The notes: generated by a model not told the origin, from the sequence alone. A stretch of 64,000 nt of DNA from Gammaproteobacteria bacterium TMED112 (GCA_002170245.2 NHFN02000013.1:698-64697), one strand, 5' to 3'; shown: positions 39,233-47,545, counted from the stretch's first letter. Made by a program: numbers and translations.

Positions 39233-39999
39233 TATCTGCTTCTCAATTTAGCTAACAATCTAAGTATCTCTAGGTAGAGCCAAATTAAGGTAACCATTAA
39301 AGAGAAAGCCCCATACCATTCTAAATATTTTGGAGCACCTTGTTCTGCACCTTGCTCAATATAATCAAAATCAAGTACAAGATTTAATGCTGCAATTGCA
39401 ACAACAAGTAAAGAGAAACCAATGCCGAATAAACCATTATCATGAATGAATCCAATAGATGTTCCAAAAAACATCATTATAAAATTGACAAGATACAGAG
39501 CAAAAATAGCAAAGGTTCCAGCAAACACCATTAACAAAAAGTTTTTATCTGGTTTTATAATTCCTGTTTTATAAGCAAAAAGTAGTCCAAACATTGTGGC
39601 AAAAGTTAATGTTACAGCTTGCATAGTAATACCACCAAACTGTGATTCATACATTGCAGATATACCTCCTAATGCAAAACCTTTTGCTAAAGCATATATG
39701 GGAGCTGTTATTGGTGCCCATGTTCGTTTAAAAATTGTAATTAAAGCAAAAATTAGTCCCACAATAGACCCACCAATCATATAGGGTGCTACTGATGTTG
39801 GTCCATTTGCAAAGTATTGTGACCAGGTATAAGAAGCTGTTAATAATACTAGTAGAAGACTAAATCCGACTTTATTAACAGTGCCTTGAAGAGTCATTCT
39901 CTTGATATTTACATCTATTATTGTTTCTGAAAAAGTTTTTTCAGAGAACATAGGATTTCCCGATCTGCCGAATGTTTGTAATGCTTGTTTTGAATTCAT
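39232..39999 (-). CDS. Bax inhibitor-1/YccA-like (BaxI_1) membrane protein
   Basis: GRSGNPMFSEKTF N-terminal motif followed by 7 TM segments. Confidence 0.65.
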   Translation of the reverse strand: MNSKQALQTFGRSGNPMFSEKTFSETIIDVNIKRMTLQGTVNKVGFSLLLVLLTASYTWSQYFANGPTSVAPYMIGGSIVGLIFALITIFKRTWAPITAPIYALAKGFALGGISAMYESQFGGITMQAVTLTFATMFGLLFAYKTGIIKPDKNFLLMVFAGTFAIFALYLVNFIMMFFGTSIGFIHDNGLFGIGFSLLVVAIAALNLVLDFDYIEQGAEQGAPKYLEWYGAFSLMVTLIWLYLEILRLLAKLRSR

Positions 40000-40010
40000 A
40001 GCTTTATTAT

Positions 40011-41000
40011 ATGAAAATATACATCATGGTAAATATTTCTGATCTACAAGACAGTTATCAAAGAATTAAAAATTATATTAATACAACACCAATTCTTATT
40101 TCAAAAAAATTTAATCAAGATTTTAAAGCTTCTTTCTATCTAAAAAATGAAGTTGAACAAGTCACTGGGTCATTCAAAATAAGAGGAGCCTTATCAGCAC
40201 TTAGTAAATTAAAAGCAAATAACATTAATGGCGTTGTTGCTTATTCTTCAGGTAATCATGCACAAGGTGTATCTAAAGCAGCTCAAATCTTTGATATGCA
40301 TGCAACCATAGTAATGCCAACAGACGCACCTCAAAATAAAATTGCTAAAACCTTAGCAAATGGTGCGGAGATAGTTTTATACAAAAGACACATAGAAAGC
40401 CGTGAAGAAATTGCAACAAAAATTGCTTATGAAAAACAATATCCTTTGGTAAAGCCATTTGATAATGAAGATATTATCGCAGGACAAGGAAGTTTTGGTT
40501 TGGAAGCATGTGAATATTTTATTGAAAATAATATAACACCAGATATAGTTCTTTCTTGTACATCAGGGGGAGGGCTTGTTGCTGGGACAAGTATAGCTTT
40601 TAAGCATTATTTTCCTGATGTTGAGATCTATCCTGTTGAACCAGAAACCTGTAATGACACTGAAATATCTTTAAAAAATAAGACAAGAACAAGACTCAAG
40701 AATCATCAAAAAACAATCTGTGATGCACTAGAAGTTGAAATACCTGGCGAAATAACGTTTCCCATAAATTTAAAAAATTGTACATCCGGAATAGCTGTTT
40801 CTGATAAAGAGGTTTGCTTTGCAATGAAATATTTATATGAAAATTTTAATGTAAAAGCTGAGCCAAGTGGTTGTGTAAGTTTAGCAGCAATTTTAGCTGG
40901 CAAGGTAGATTGTGAAGGTAAGCAAGTTTTAATAACAATTTCAGGCGGAAATGTTGATGATAAAGATTTTTCTAAATACCTTGAATCAGCTAAACACTAA
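40011..41000 (+). CDS. PLP-dependent threonine/serine dehydratase family protein
   Basis: TGSFKIRGA (PLP Lys), SSGNHAQG, and a GGGL loop. The start could instead be the ATG at 40026. Confidence 0.8.
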   Translation: MKIYIMVNISDLQDSYQRIKNYINTTPILISKKFNQDFKASFYLKNEVEQVTGSFKIRGALSALSKLKANNINGVVAYSSGNHAQGVSKAAQIFDMHATIVMPTDAPQNKIAKTLANGAEIVLYKRHIESREEIATKIAYEKQYPLVKPFDNEDIIAGQGSFGLEACEYFIENNITPDIVLSCTSGGGLVAGTSIAFKHYFPDVEIYPVEPETCNDTEISLKNKTRTRLKNHQKTICDALEVEIPGEITFPINLKNCTSGIAVSDKEVCFAMKYLYENFNVKAEPSGCVSLAAILAGKVDCEGKQVLITISGGNVDDKDFSKYLESAKH

Positions 41001-41091
41001 ATAGATAAGATAGATAAAACCAATAATACTTATTAGAATAACTATTAGCATACCTACTGAGTACGTTATTTGCATAGATTTATCTTCTGGT

Positions 41092-42603
41092 CTAAACATA
41101 GGTATATTTTTCTATAAACTCTTGTGCTGCTTTATTTATAACATCTTTTCTATCTTTATTCATTTTATCTAGTGATCTTACCATTAAGCCCAATCTAGGG
41201 TTTGAAGCAAAAAAATCTCTATTTTTTTCAATAAAATTCCAATATAAGCCGTCTACTATTGCACACCAATCACCCTTTTTAAAATTCGACATTCGTAACA
41301 TATAACTGGAACCACAAATATATGGTTTTGTTGCAAATGTTCCACCATCTGCAAATGTGCCCATCCCATAAACATTGGGAACCATAACCCATTCAGATGA
41401 ATCAATAAACATTTCCATAAACCATTTATATATTTCATCAGGATCTATTTCACACATGTTCATAATATTAGATAGAACCATCAAACGGTTAATATGGTGT
41501 GTATAACCATAATCATTGGCACCTTTAATGGCATCATCTAATGGTGGTATACCTGTAGTTCCTGTGTACCAAGCATCTGTCATTTTTCTTTTATGGCCCC
41601 AATAATTTTTTGTTTCCATCTTTTCAGAATAGTTTTGATATACCCCTCTAATAAATTCTCTCCAACCAAGGATTTGTCTTAAAAAACCTTCCAAACTGTT
41701 AAGTGGAATTTCATTTTTATCCGCATATTCATAAGCCTTTCTGATAACAAGCTTTGGAGTTAGTAACCCAATATTTAAAGAACTACTCAAAACAGAATGT
41801 AAAAGAAAATGTTGATCTTCTAAAATTGCATCTTCATAAGGACCAAAATCATCAAACCTCTCCTTAAAAAAGATATCCAACCAAGTCAATGCTTGTGTTG
41901 TTGTATAGGGTGTATAAACGTTTAGCTTTCCTGGATGATCATTAAAATTATTTTCTATAAATTTATAGATTTGCGCTTTCTCGGGATGATCTGTAAGAGA
42001 TGGTAATTTTGGAATCGTATAATCTTTTGGAACCTTAAGTCTATTCATCTCGTCGAATGACCATTTTCCGCCTACAGGTTTGTTGTCTTCGACTAAGAAA
42101 TTAAATTCTTTCCTATTTTTTTTGTAATAATTGGCTTGTAGTAAGAATTTTTTTTCAGCACAAAAGTTTTTAAATGATTCTCTGTTATCCATGAACATTA
42201 AGGTTCTTTTTTCGTGATATTTAAGGTTCAATTTTTTAATTAAATTAAATATCTCTTTTTCAAAATTTTTGTCTTCAATTTCATAAAATTCAATTTCAGT
42301 ATAACCACCATCTTTTATAAAATTTTCAAGTTTGTTAACGTACGTCGTTTTAAAGTCTTTATTGCAATCGATATATTCAACCTGATGCCCTGTCTCTGTT
42401 AATTGGTCTCTATAGGAACGCATAGCCATATAGAAAAGGGCAATCTTTGACTTGTGATGTTTTTCATAAGTACAGAGACCATAATCTTCACACATGAAAA
42501 TTGTTGTACTTTTATCTATATTCTGTTGGTCAATTGGAAAGAGTTGATTTCCAAGTATTAATGCTAATCTTTTCAATTTCTTAATGTTTATGTACGATGT
42601 CAT
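41092..42603 (-). CDS. cryptochrome/photolyase-family protein of the FeS-BCP / PhrB-like (COG3046) type
   Basis: About 500 aa. It has WREF, HHINRLMVL and C-terminal PYICGSSYM...GDWC segments, with Cys residues placed as in the Fe-S type. Confidence 0.7.
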   Translation of the reverse strand: MTSYINIKKLKRLALILGNQLFPIDQQNIDKSTTIFMCEDYGLCTYEKHHKSKIALFYMAMRSYRDQLTETGHQVEYIDCNKDFKTTYVNKLENFIKDGGYTEIEFYEIEDKNFEKEIFNLIKKLNLKYHEKRTLMFMDNRESFKNFCAEKKFLLQANYYKKNRKEFNFLVEDNKPVGGKWSFDEMNRLKVPKDYTIPKLPSLTDHPEKAQIYKFIENNFNDHPGKLNVYTPYTTTQALTWLDIFFKERFDDFGPYEDAILEDQHFLLHSVLSSSLNIGLLTPKLVIRKAYEYADKNEIPLNSLEGFLRQILGWREFIRGVYQNYSEKMETKNYWGHKRKMTDAWYTGTTGIPPLDDAIKGANDYGYTHHINRLMVLSNIMNMCEIDPDEIYKWFMEMFIDSSEWVMVPNVYGMGTFADGGTFATKPYICGSSYMLRMSNFKKGDWCAIVDGLYWNFIEKNRDFFASNPRLGLMVRSLDKMNKDRKDVINKAAQEFIEKYTYV

Positions 42604-42612
42604 AATTAAAGC

Positions 42613-43209
42613 ATGATGAGAAATTTTTTAAAACTTATATCAGTTGTTTTTCTAATTAGCTGTTCTGATAACGAAGAAGTACAAAATACAGAAATAATTA
42701 CTGATTCATATTTTTTTCAAAAGAATACATTTAATTTAAATTTATATAATTGTAATAAGCCATCTGAAGATTTTGATTCTACCTATAAAAAAACAAGCGA
42801 TTTACTAAATTTTTATAAATTTTCAAAAATTACCGAAAAAGATGATCAGATTATTGATTGCATCCAAACTTATGCTCAAATAAATGAACTAACTCCACTA
42901 AAAGAGGAATTAATTTTAGGCGATATATATATGGAACTATCCAATTGCGATTCTAAAGTTGAAGAAGATATACTCTTAGATGCATTAGCGCCGCACTTGG
43001 AATATTTAAAGGTAAATAATGTACAAGTCTGGACTGGTATATCGAAAATTGAGAATAACAATTTCTATTGGATAAATATTTGGGAATCAGAAAGTTATAG
43101 AGAACAATTTCTTGCTGAATGGATAAATTCAGTCGACTCTGGAAAATTTGCTAAAGCTTTGAGCTCGAGTGCTGTATGCCAAAATCCATCAACTTATTTA
43201 TTTCTATAA
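42613..43209 (+). CDS. lipoprotein, function unknown
   Basis: Signal peptide plus lipobox LISCS. Confidence 0.5.
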   Translation: MMRNFLKLISVVFLISCSDNEEVQNTEIITDSYFFQKNTFNLNLYNCNKPSEDFDSTYKKTSDLLNFYKFSKITEKDDQIIDCIQTYAQINELTPLKEELILGDIYMELSNCDSKVEEDILLDALAPHLEYLKVNNVQVWTGISKIENNNFYWINIWESESYREQFLAEWINSVDSGKFAKALSSSAVCQNPSTYLFL

Positions 43210-43239
43210 TTAAAGTTTAGCTCTATAATAAGTATCCTT

Positions 43240-43315
43240 GCGACTGTGGTGTTAATGGCTAGCACAAAAGCCTTCCAAGCTTTTGGTATGGGTTCGAATC
43301 CCATCAGTCGCTCCA
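43240..43315 (+). tRNA. tRNA-Gly (anticodon UCC)
   Basis: Acceptor GCGACTG/CAGTCGC, anticodon stem AAAGC/GCTTT with loop CTTCCAA, T-arm ATGGG-TTCGAAT-CCCAT, and an encoded CCA. Confidence 0.9.
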
Positions 43316-43326
43316 TTAATTCTTAA

Positions 43327-43357
43327 CATCAACTGTCTATTGGGCTTCTAAGGCTTT
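43327..43357 (+). repeat. direct repeat, copy 1 (31 nt)
   Basis: catcaactgtctattGggcttctaAggcttt is identical at 29/31 positions to 43595-43625. It begins 11 nt after the tRNA-Gly 3' end. Confidence 0.8.
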
Positions 43358-43366
43358 ATATCCTAG

Positions 43367-43597
43367 CTACTTCTTTTTTTCTATTTCTAATATGTAAAGA
43401 ATGACCAACATTCCGATACCACATGCTCCAAACACAGTAGCTGTATCTGCCAATCGATTTAATTCAAATTGATTAACATCTGTGTACAAAAGACGATATG
43501 CACCTGCAAAAGGAAATAAAGCAAAAATAAAAAAAAACAGTCTTAAGAAATGTCTTAGTAAACTATATATATCACTCATTTGATAACTATACCCCAT
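43367..43597 (-). CDS. small 2-TM membrane protein, function unknown
   Basis: 76 aa from the ATG at 43597, with two hydrophobic helices. Repeat copy 2 covers its start codon and 5' region. Confidence 0.4.
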   Translation of the reverse strand: MGYSYQMSDIYSLLRHFLRLFFFIFALFPFAGAYRLLYTDVNQFELNRLADTATVFGACGIGMLVILYILEIEKKK

Positions 43598-43625
43598 CAA
43601 CTGTCTATTAGGCTTCTAGGGCTTT
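43595..43625 (+). repeat. direct repeat, copy 2 (31 nt)
   Basis: catcaactgtctattAggcttctaGggcttt, lying 268 bp from copy 1. Confidence 0.8.
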
Positions 43626-43644
43626 TATTTCATATACTGTTTAG

Positions 43645-43860
43645 ATGTTAGTTAAAGTGTTAGTTGCCATGGGGTATGCGTTCATGGTTAGTGGTTGGAT
43701 TTACTTTCAGAATGAAACAAGAAAAGAACAATTAAAAAATCTTAACGAAAATGAGAAACAGGTGAGTGATGTAATTTATACCCTTTTGTTTGGTGCATTT
43801 ATTCTTACTAGTTTAGCTTTGATAGGCATGGTCTTTGGTATTTACCCCTTTGAGCTTTAA
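43645..43860 (+). CDS. small 2-TM membrane protein, function unknown
   Basis: 71 aa, with two hydrophobic helices separated by a charged loop (NETRKEQLKNLNENEKQ). Confidence 0.4.
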   Translation: MLVKVLVAMGYAFMVSGWIYFQNETRKEQLKNLNENEKQVSDVIYTLLFGAFILTSLALIGMVFGIYPFEL

Positions 43861-44094
43861 TCAATTCTGCTAATCCCCCCATAAAGGTACTATCTACGCA
43901 ATCCTATACGGGTATATTCGCGACCCCAGTCTCTTTCTAGCGACAGAAAATTCTGAAAGGTGGTTTACTTTACACTATTTTAAAACAAGAAAGTCAGTAA
44001 AAATCGGCTTCTCAGAGGATCAGAAAGTGAACCTAGTATCAACCTCACTTGATACTCTCTGATCAGAAGTTGATGGGAAAAATATCAGCTGATA

Positions 44095-44373
44095 TTAATG
44101 TTTATCAAGCATTGATTCCCAAATTGCATCAATGGATTCTCTCGTACTTTCATCCATTCTATCCATCCTATCTATTACATAACAGAAATCGTCATTAATT
44201 GCTTTTAAATCTGCATCTCTATTACTTTCGATATTATCTAATTCCGCTTTTACAGATTCTAATTCTTCTTTAGTTTTTTCTAACTCATCTCTTGTTTCTT
44301 CTAACTCATATCTTATTCTTCCGAGGTCATGTTCTAGTTCACCAAGATCTTCAGCTATTTCCTTTTTTTTCAT
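44095..44373 (-). CDS. small acidic coiled-coil protein, function unknown
   Basis: The start is placed at the ATG at 44373 (MKKKEIAEDLGELE...), because the ORF-track start at 44403 lies inside a terminator-like hairpin. Confidence 0.45.
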   Translation of the reverse strand: MKKKEIAEDLGELEHDLGRIRYELEETRDELEKTKEELESVKAELDNIESNRDADLKAINDDFCYVIDRMDRMDESTRESIDAIWESMLDKH

Positions 44374-44386
44374 TTTTTCAGTATAT

Positions 44387-44418
44387 AAAAAAAGGGCAGT
44401 CATCTCTAACTGCCCTTT
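44387..44418 (-). terminator. terminator-like hairpin with a U7 tract on the minus strand, 14 nt upstream of the coiled-coil gene ATG
   Basis: On the minus strand the sequence reads AAAGGGCAG-uuagagauga-CUGCCCUUUUUUU. Confidence 0.5.
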
Positions 44419-44443
44419 AAAGATTATTTGCTACAATCTTGAT

Positions 44444-44956
44444 ATGTTTAATTTTCAAAAACAGAATTCTGAACAAACTTTGAGTGAGGGATTAGAAGAA
44501 TTTTATTCTATTAATACTCAATTTAGAGATTTAGCAGAGAAAGATAACCCAAATGCTCATATTTTTAAGGAACATGATTACACTCATGTCTTATTTGGTT
44601 TGGGCACCTCAATAGAAGAAGAATCTTTACTAGATACCTATGTCATCTGGGGCATGAAGTTTAACTGGAGCAAAATTATAGATTTCTATAAAGATCCAGA
44701 ATACAAAGAAGTTATAGGTGATATTGTGAAGAAACATGGCGGATATTGGGGAATATTTACAATATATATGTCACTTATACCGGTAAAAATGCGTGTATTT
44801 CTTCGTTGCATGAAAATGAAAAAGAAATGGAATTATCATGATATTACTGATCAGATGCTGAACATGAGCCTGAAAGAATTAAGAAAAGAGTACAACATAG
44901 AATTACTGCCTTTGAAATATATACCAATAAATAGGTATGCTTCGAAATCTGCCTAG
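44444..44956 (+). CDS. Coq4-like protein (HDxxH-x11-E motif), function uncertain
   Basis: EHDYTHVLFGLGTSIEEE matches the HDxxH(x)11E zinc-ligand pattern of the Coq4 family. The rest of the protein was not compared. Confidence 0.4.
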   Translation: MFNFQKQNSEQTLSEGLEEFYSINTQFRDLAEKDNPNAHIFKEHDYTHVLFGLGTSIEEESLLDTYVIWGMKFNWSKIIDFYKDPEYKEVIGDIVKKHGGYWGIFTIYMSLIPVKMRVFLRCMKMKKKWNYHDITDQMLNMSLKELRKEYNIELLPLKYIPINRYASKSA

Positions 44957-44973
44957 AGCTATTTAATATTCAA

Positions 44974-45696
44974 CTAATCTTTCTCGCTGAGTATCTTTTC
45001 TCTATCTCGTCTCATCTCAGAAACAACGTCAACTAAGATGGCAACAAATAAGTTCAGGACGATAATAGAGGATAAAACAACAAAAGAAATAAAGAATAGC
45101 CATGAGCTTGGATACACGTCCAGTATAGGCAACATAATTGTTTCCCATGAAGATAACGTCATTATCTGAACTAAAGCAAGTAGAGCCTCACCAATATGCG
45201 AGAATCTACTATTTTCAATTTCTTCGAATAAAATTACGCCTGCGACAGCATATATATATAACAGTATAAAAATTAAAATTAATACGTAAATGCTCTTTCT
45301 CAACGATAGTATGAGTGCTTCGATCACAAAACGCATTTCTGGGATAAGAGAAATAATTCTCAAAAGACGCATCAGTCTCAGCAACCTCAGAACGACAATA
45401 GAAGTTCCAGCACCAGTAGGAATTAGAGACGATATTACTATTATGGAATCAAATATATTCCAACCATCTTTAAAAAAATTAATTTTTTTCTTCTCGCCAA
45501 AGAAACGTATTAGAATCTCAACAACAAAAAATATTGTGATGGCATAATCAGCTATCAAAATAAATTGTCTCAAAGCAGAATCTAATTCATAGGTCCCAGC
45601 TCCAACTATTATTGAAGAAGTGATTATGACTGATGCAACAACAGTCTGAAAAATTTTAGATTCTTTTAGTTTGAAAAAAGTTTTTGTAATAGACAT
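44974..45696 (-). CDS. single-domain voltage-gated cation channel (BacNav/NaChBac-like, 6TM)
   Basis: S1-S6 hydrophobic pattern. S4 is VLRLLRLMRLLRIISL, with Arg at every third position. The pore segment is LVQIMTLSSWETIML. Confidence 0.8.
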   Translation of the reverse strand: MSITKTFFKLKESKIFQTVVASVIITSSIIVGAGTYELDSALRQFILIADYAITIFFVVEILIRFFGEKKKINFFKDGWNIFDSIIVISSLIPTGAGTSIVVLRLLRLMRLLRIISLIPEMRFVIEALILSLRKSIYVLILIFILLYIYAVAGVILFEEIENSRFSHIGEALLALVQIMTLSSWETIMLPILDVYPSSWLFFISFVVLSSIIVLNLFVAILVDVVSEMRRDREKILSEKD

Positions 45697-46481
45697 TTTT
45701 TAGGTGTTGAATCATTTATTAATTTGTGTGCTATGGCTTTATCAGGATGATTAATTTTTGGATTTGTTCTGAGAACAAAATTATCGTTTTTAAAGTAATT
45801 AGAAGAAAATGCAAATATAGCTCTTTCAATATCATTAATTTCAAGATTAAGATTTTGAGCTTCATTTAATAAGGCTAAACGAAAATCTTTATATGTAATA
45901 TTAGCTACTTCATTATTTTTATTCGCAGCTTTTATGATCTCTCTCATGCGAGTGTCATAAATTACTAATTCTGGACAATTCTTGAGAAACCTTGACCAAA
46001 AACTCAAATGCTTAGTTGAAAAACTTTCACTTACTTGTGGCAGTTCTTCTAATTTTTTTTTAATTGGTGCTACATCGTTTGCATAATCTTCAATATCCTT
46101 TAGTTGATATAGCATCTCTACTGAAGCACGGTATACAGATGCAAACAGTTTAGATTTAGTAATACGAGGTTTATTCTGGAAGACATATGGATTTCGTCCA
46201 GTAGGTCCGCCCCAGGCTTGTATTAAGTCAAAAATAATTAATAATTCTTCATCGCTGTATGCAGAAGCAGATTCTTGCAAATTAATTCTTTGATCAATCA
46301 AGTTAACAAGCTCGCCATTAGAGCTTATGTTTTTGACTAGTTTTTCAATTAATCCTGCTTTTTTCGCATGGTTTATTCCCGTATTCACGTTAGTGCTTAA
46401 AGTATCACTGGAATAGTATTCATTTGAATTAAGCCAAAATTGAAAATCAATATTTTTTACAATCCCGAGTGTGATATTCAT
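45666..46481 (-). CDS. 271-aa soluble protein, function unknown
   Basis: Long ORF translationally coupled to both neighbours. I could assign no catalytic motif. There is a weak WGG...SxKHLSFW...P.LVIYDTR pattern (see finding). Confidence 0.5.
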   Translation of the reverse strand: MNITLGIVKNIDFQFWLNSNEYYSSDTLSTNVNTGINHAKKAGLIEKLVKNISSNGELVNLIDQRINLQESASAYSDEELLIIFDLIQAWGGPTGRNPYVFQNKPRITKSKLFASVYRASVEMLYQLKDIEDYANDVAPIKKKLEELPQVSESFSTKHLSFWSRFLKNCPELVIYDTRMREIIKAANKNNEVANITYKDFRLALLNEAQNLNLEINDIERAIFAFSSNYFKNDNFVLRTNPKINHPDKAIAHKLINDSTPKKCLLQKLFSN

Positions 46482-47545
46482 TGCGAATTGGAATTGTCCT
46501 GATCCTTTTCTATATGAATTGTGCTGGTAGGATATGCGAAGTCAGAACCATTTTTTTTCACAATTTTCATGATTTCTAGAATTAAGTTTTCTCTCGCAAT
46601 ACAAAAATCATGCCATTTTGTTGATCTAGTGAAGCAATAAACAAGCATATCTATACTAGAGTCATTAAACTTAGTAACTCTTATTGTAGTTGTTGCTTCA
46701 TCAGCATTAGCTAAGTCATCGTTTGCTGCGACGTAAGATTCGATATCTTTTCGGATTGCTAATATTGTTTCTGGTGAAGTCTGGTAGATAAGACCAACAT
46801 TGAACATAATCCTTCTAAAAGGCATTTCTGAGAAATTAATTATTTCTGAATCACTTAAAACTGAATTAGGCACAAATACTGGCGCTTGGTCAAACCTTCT
46901 AATGAGTGTAGATCTAAAATCAATTTTTTCTACCGAACCTTCTGCAACACCCTCAACATTTATCCAGTCTCCTTGTTTAAATCTTTTTTCTCCAATAATT
47001 AATAGACCGCCTATTAAGTTTTTAAAGAAATTTTGTGCACCCAAGGCTAACGCTACCGAGAATAACCCTAGACCAGCAATAATAGATGCAGCATCAATAC
47101 CCCATAACTCTAAAACACTAACGATACCAATTAGATATAAAACAAATTTAATAGCTCTAAAAATCCAAGCTCTGAGGGTAGGGGATAGAAAATCATATTT
47201 TTCACCGACAAAATCTCTTAAAGGATCAGCACTTTCAGCTATTGCCCAAAATATAGCAAGATAAAAATAAGTTTGAACAATTAGAGATCCATATTCTTTG
47301 TATGTATCAGATATAGGTAGAGCCTCTACTAAAGCGAATATACCAATACTCAAAGGGATAAGAGTCAATGGTTTTTTTAGACTTTCAACAAATGCATCAT
47401 CATGCTTTGTATCACTTGTACTAGCGAATGCGTGCAATGATTTATATATTATTGTTCTACTGAATACTATTGCTATTAGCGTAAATAAAATAATTGGCCC
47501 TATCTCAAAACCTAAATTCCAGAGTTGATCTGTCACATTATTCAT
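46478..47545 (-). CDS. MscS-family mechanosensitive channel
   Basis: N-terminal TM helices, then the GDWINVEGVAEGSVEKIDFRSTLIRRFDQAPVFVPNS beta-domain signature. Confidence 0.85.
   Translation of the reverse strand: MNNVTDQLWNLGFEIGPIILFTLIAIVFSRTIIYKSLHAFASTSDTKHDDAFVESLKKPLTLIPLSIGIFALVEALPISDTYKEYGSLIVQTYFYLAIFWAIAESADPLRDFVGEKYDFLSPTLRAWIFRAIKFVLYLIGIVSVLELWGIDAASIIAGLGLFSVALALGAQNFFKNLIGGLLIIGEKRFKQGDWINVEGVAEGSVEKIDFRSTLIRRFDQAPVFVPNSVLSDSEIINFSEMPFRRIMFNVGLIYQTSPETILAIRKDIESYVAANDDLANADEATTTIRVTKFNDSSIDMLVYCFTRSTKWHDFCIARENLILEIMKIVKKNGSDFAYPTSTIHIEKDQDNSNSQ

Noticed and set aside
40986-41075. 29-aa hydrophobic mini-ORF (MQITYSVGMLIVILISIIGFIYLIYLVFS) downstream of the photolyase-related gene, minus strand.
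   Set aside because: - It has no start-stop coupling and no SD-like sequence.
- It overlaps the 3' end of the convergent dehydratase gene.
- I/L/F/Y-rich peptides arise easily by chance in AT-rich DNA.
43316-46481. A classical tRNA-linked genomic island or prophage remnant downstream of tRNA-Gly(UCC).
   Set aside because: - There are no integrase, transposase or phage genes, and the tRNA 3' end is not duplicated.
- The downstream genes from 44974 onward are part of a long overlapping operon that looks like core genome.
- Only the small repeat-flanked cassette (43327-43625) is kept as a finding.
46800-47264. Long antisense ORFs: 154 aa here, and also 15136-15453, 28403-28735, 60962-61327, 3676-4017 and 26595-26876.
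   Set aside because: Each lies entirely inside, and antisense to, a gene with strong motif support (MscS, IDO, pyrC, gspJ, SDR/dipeptidase, ABC permease). None has a recognisable motif.
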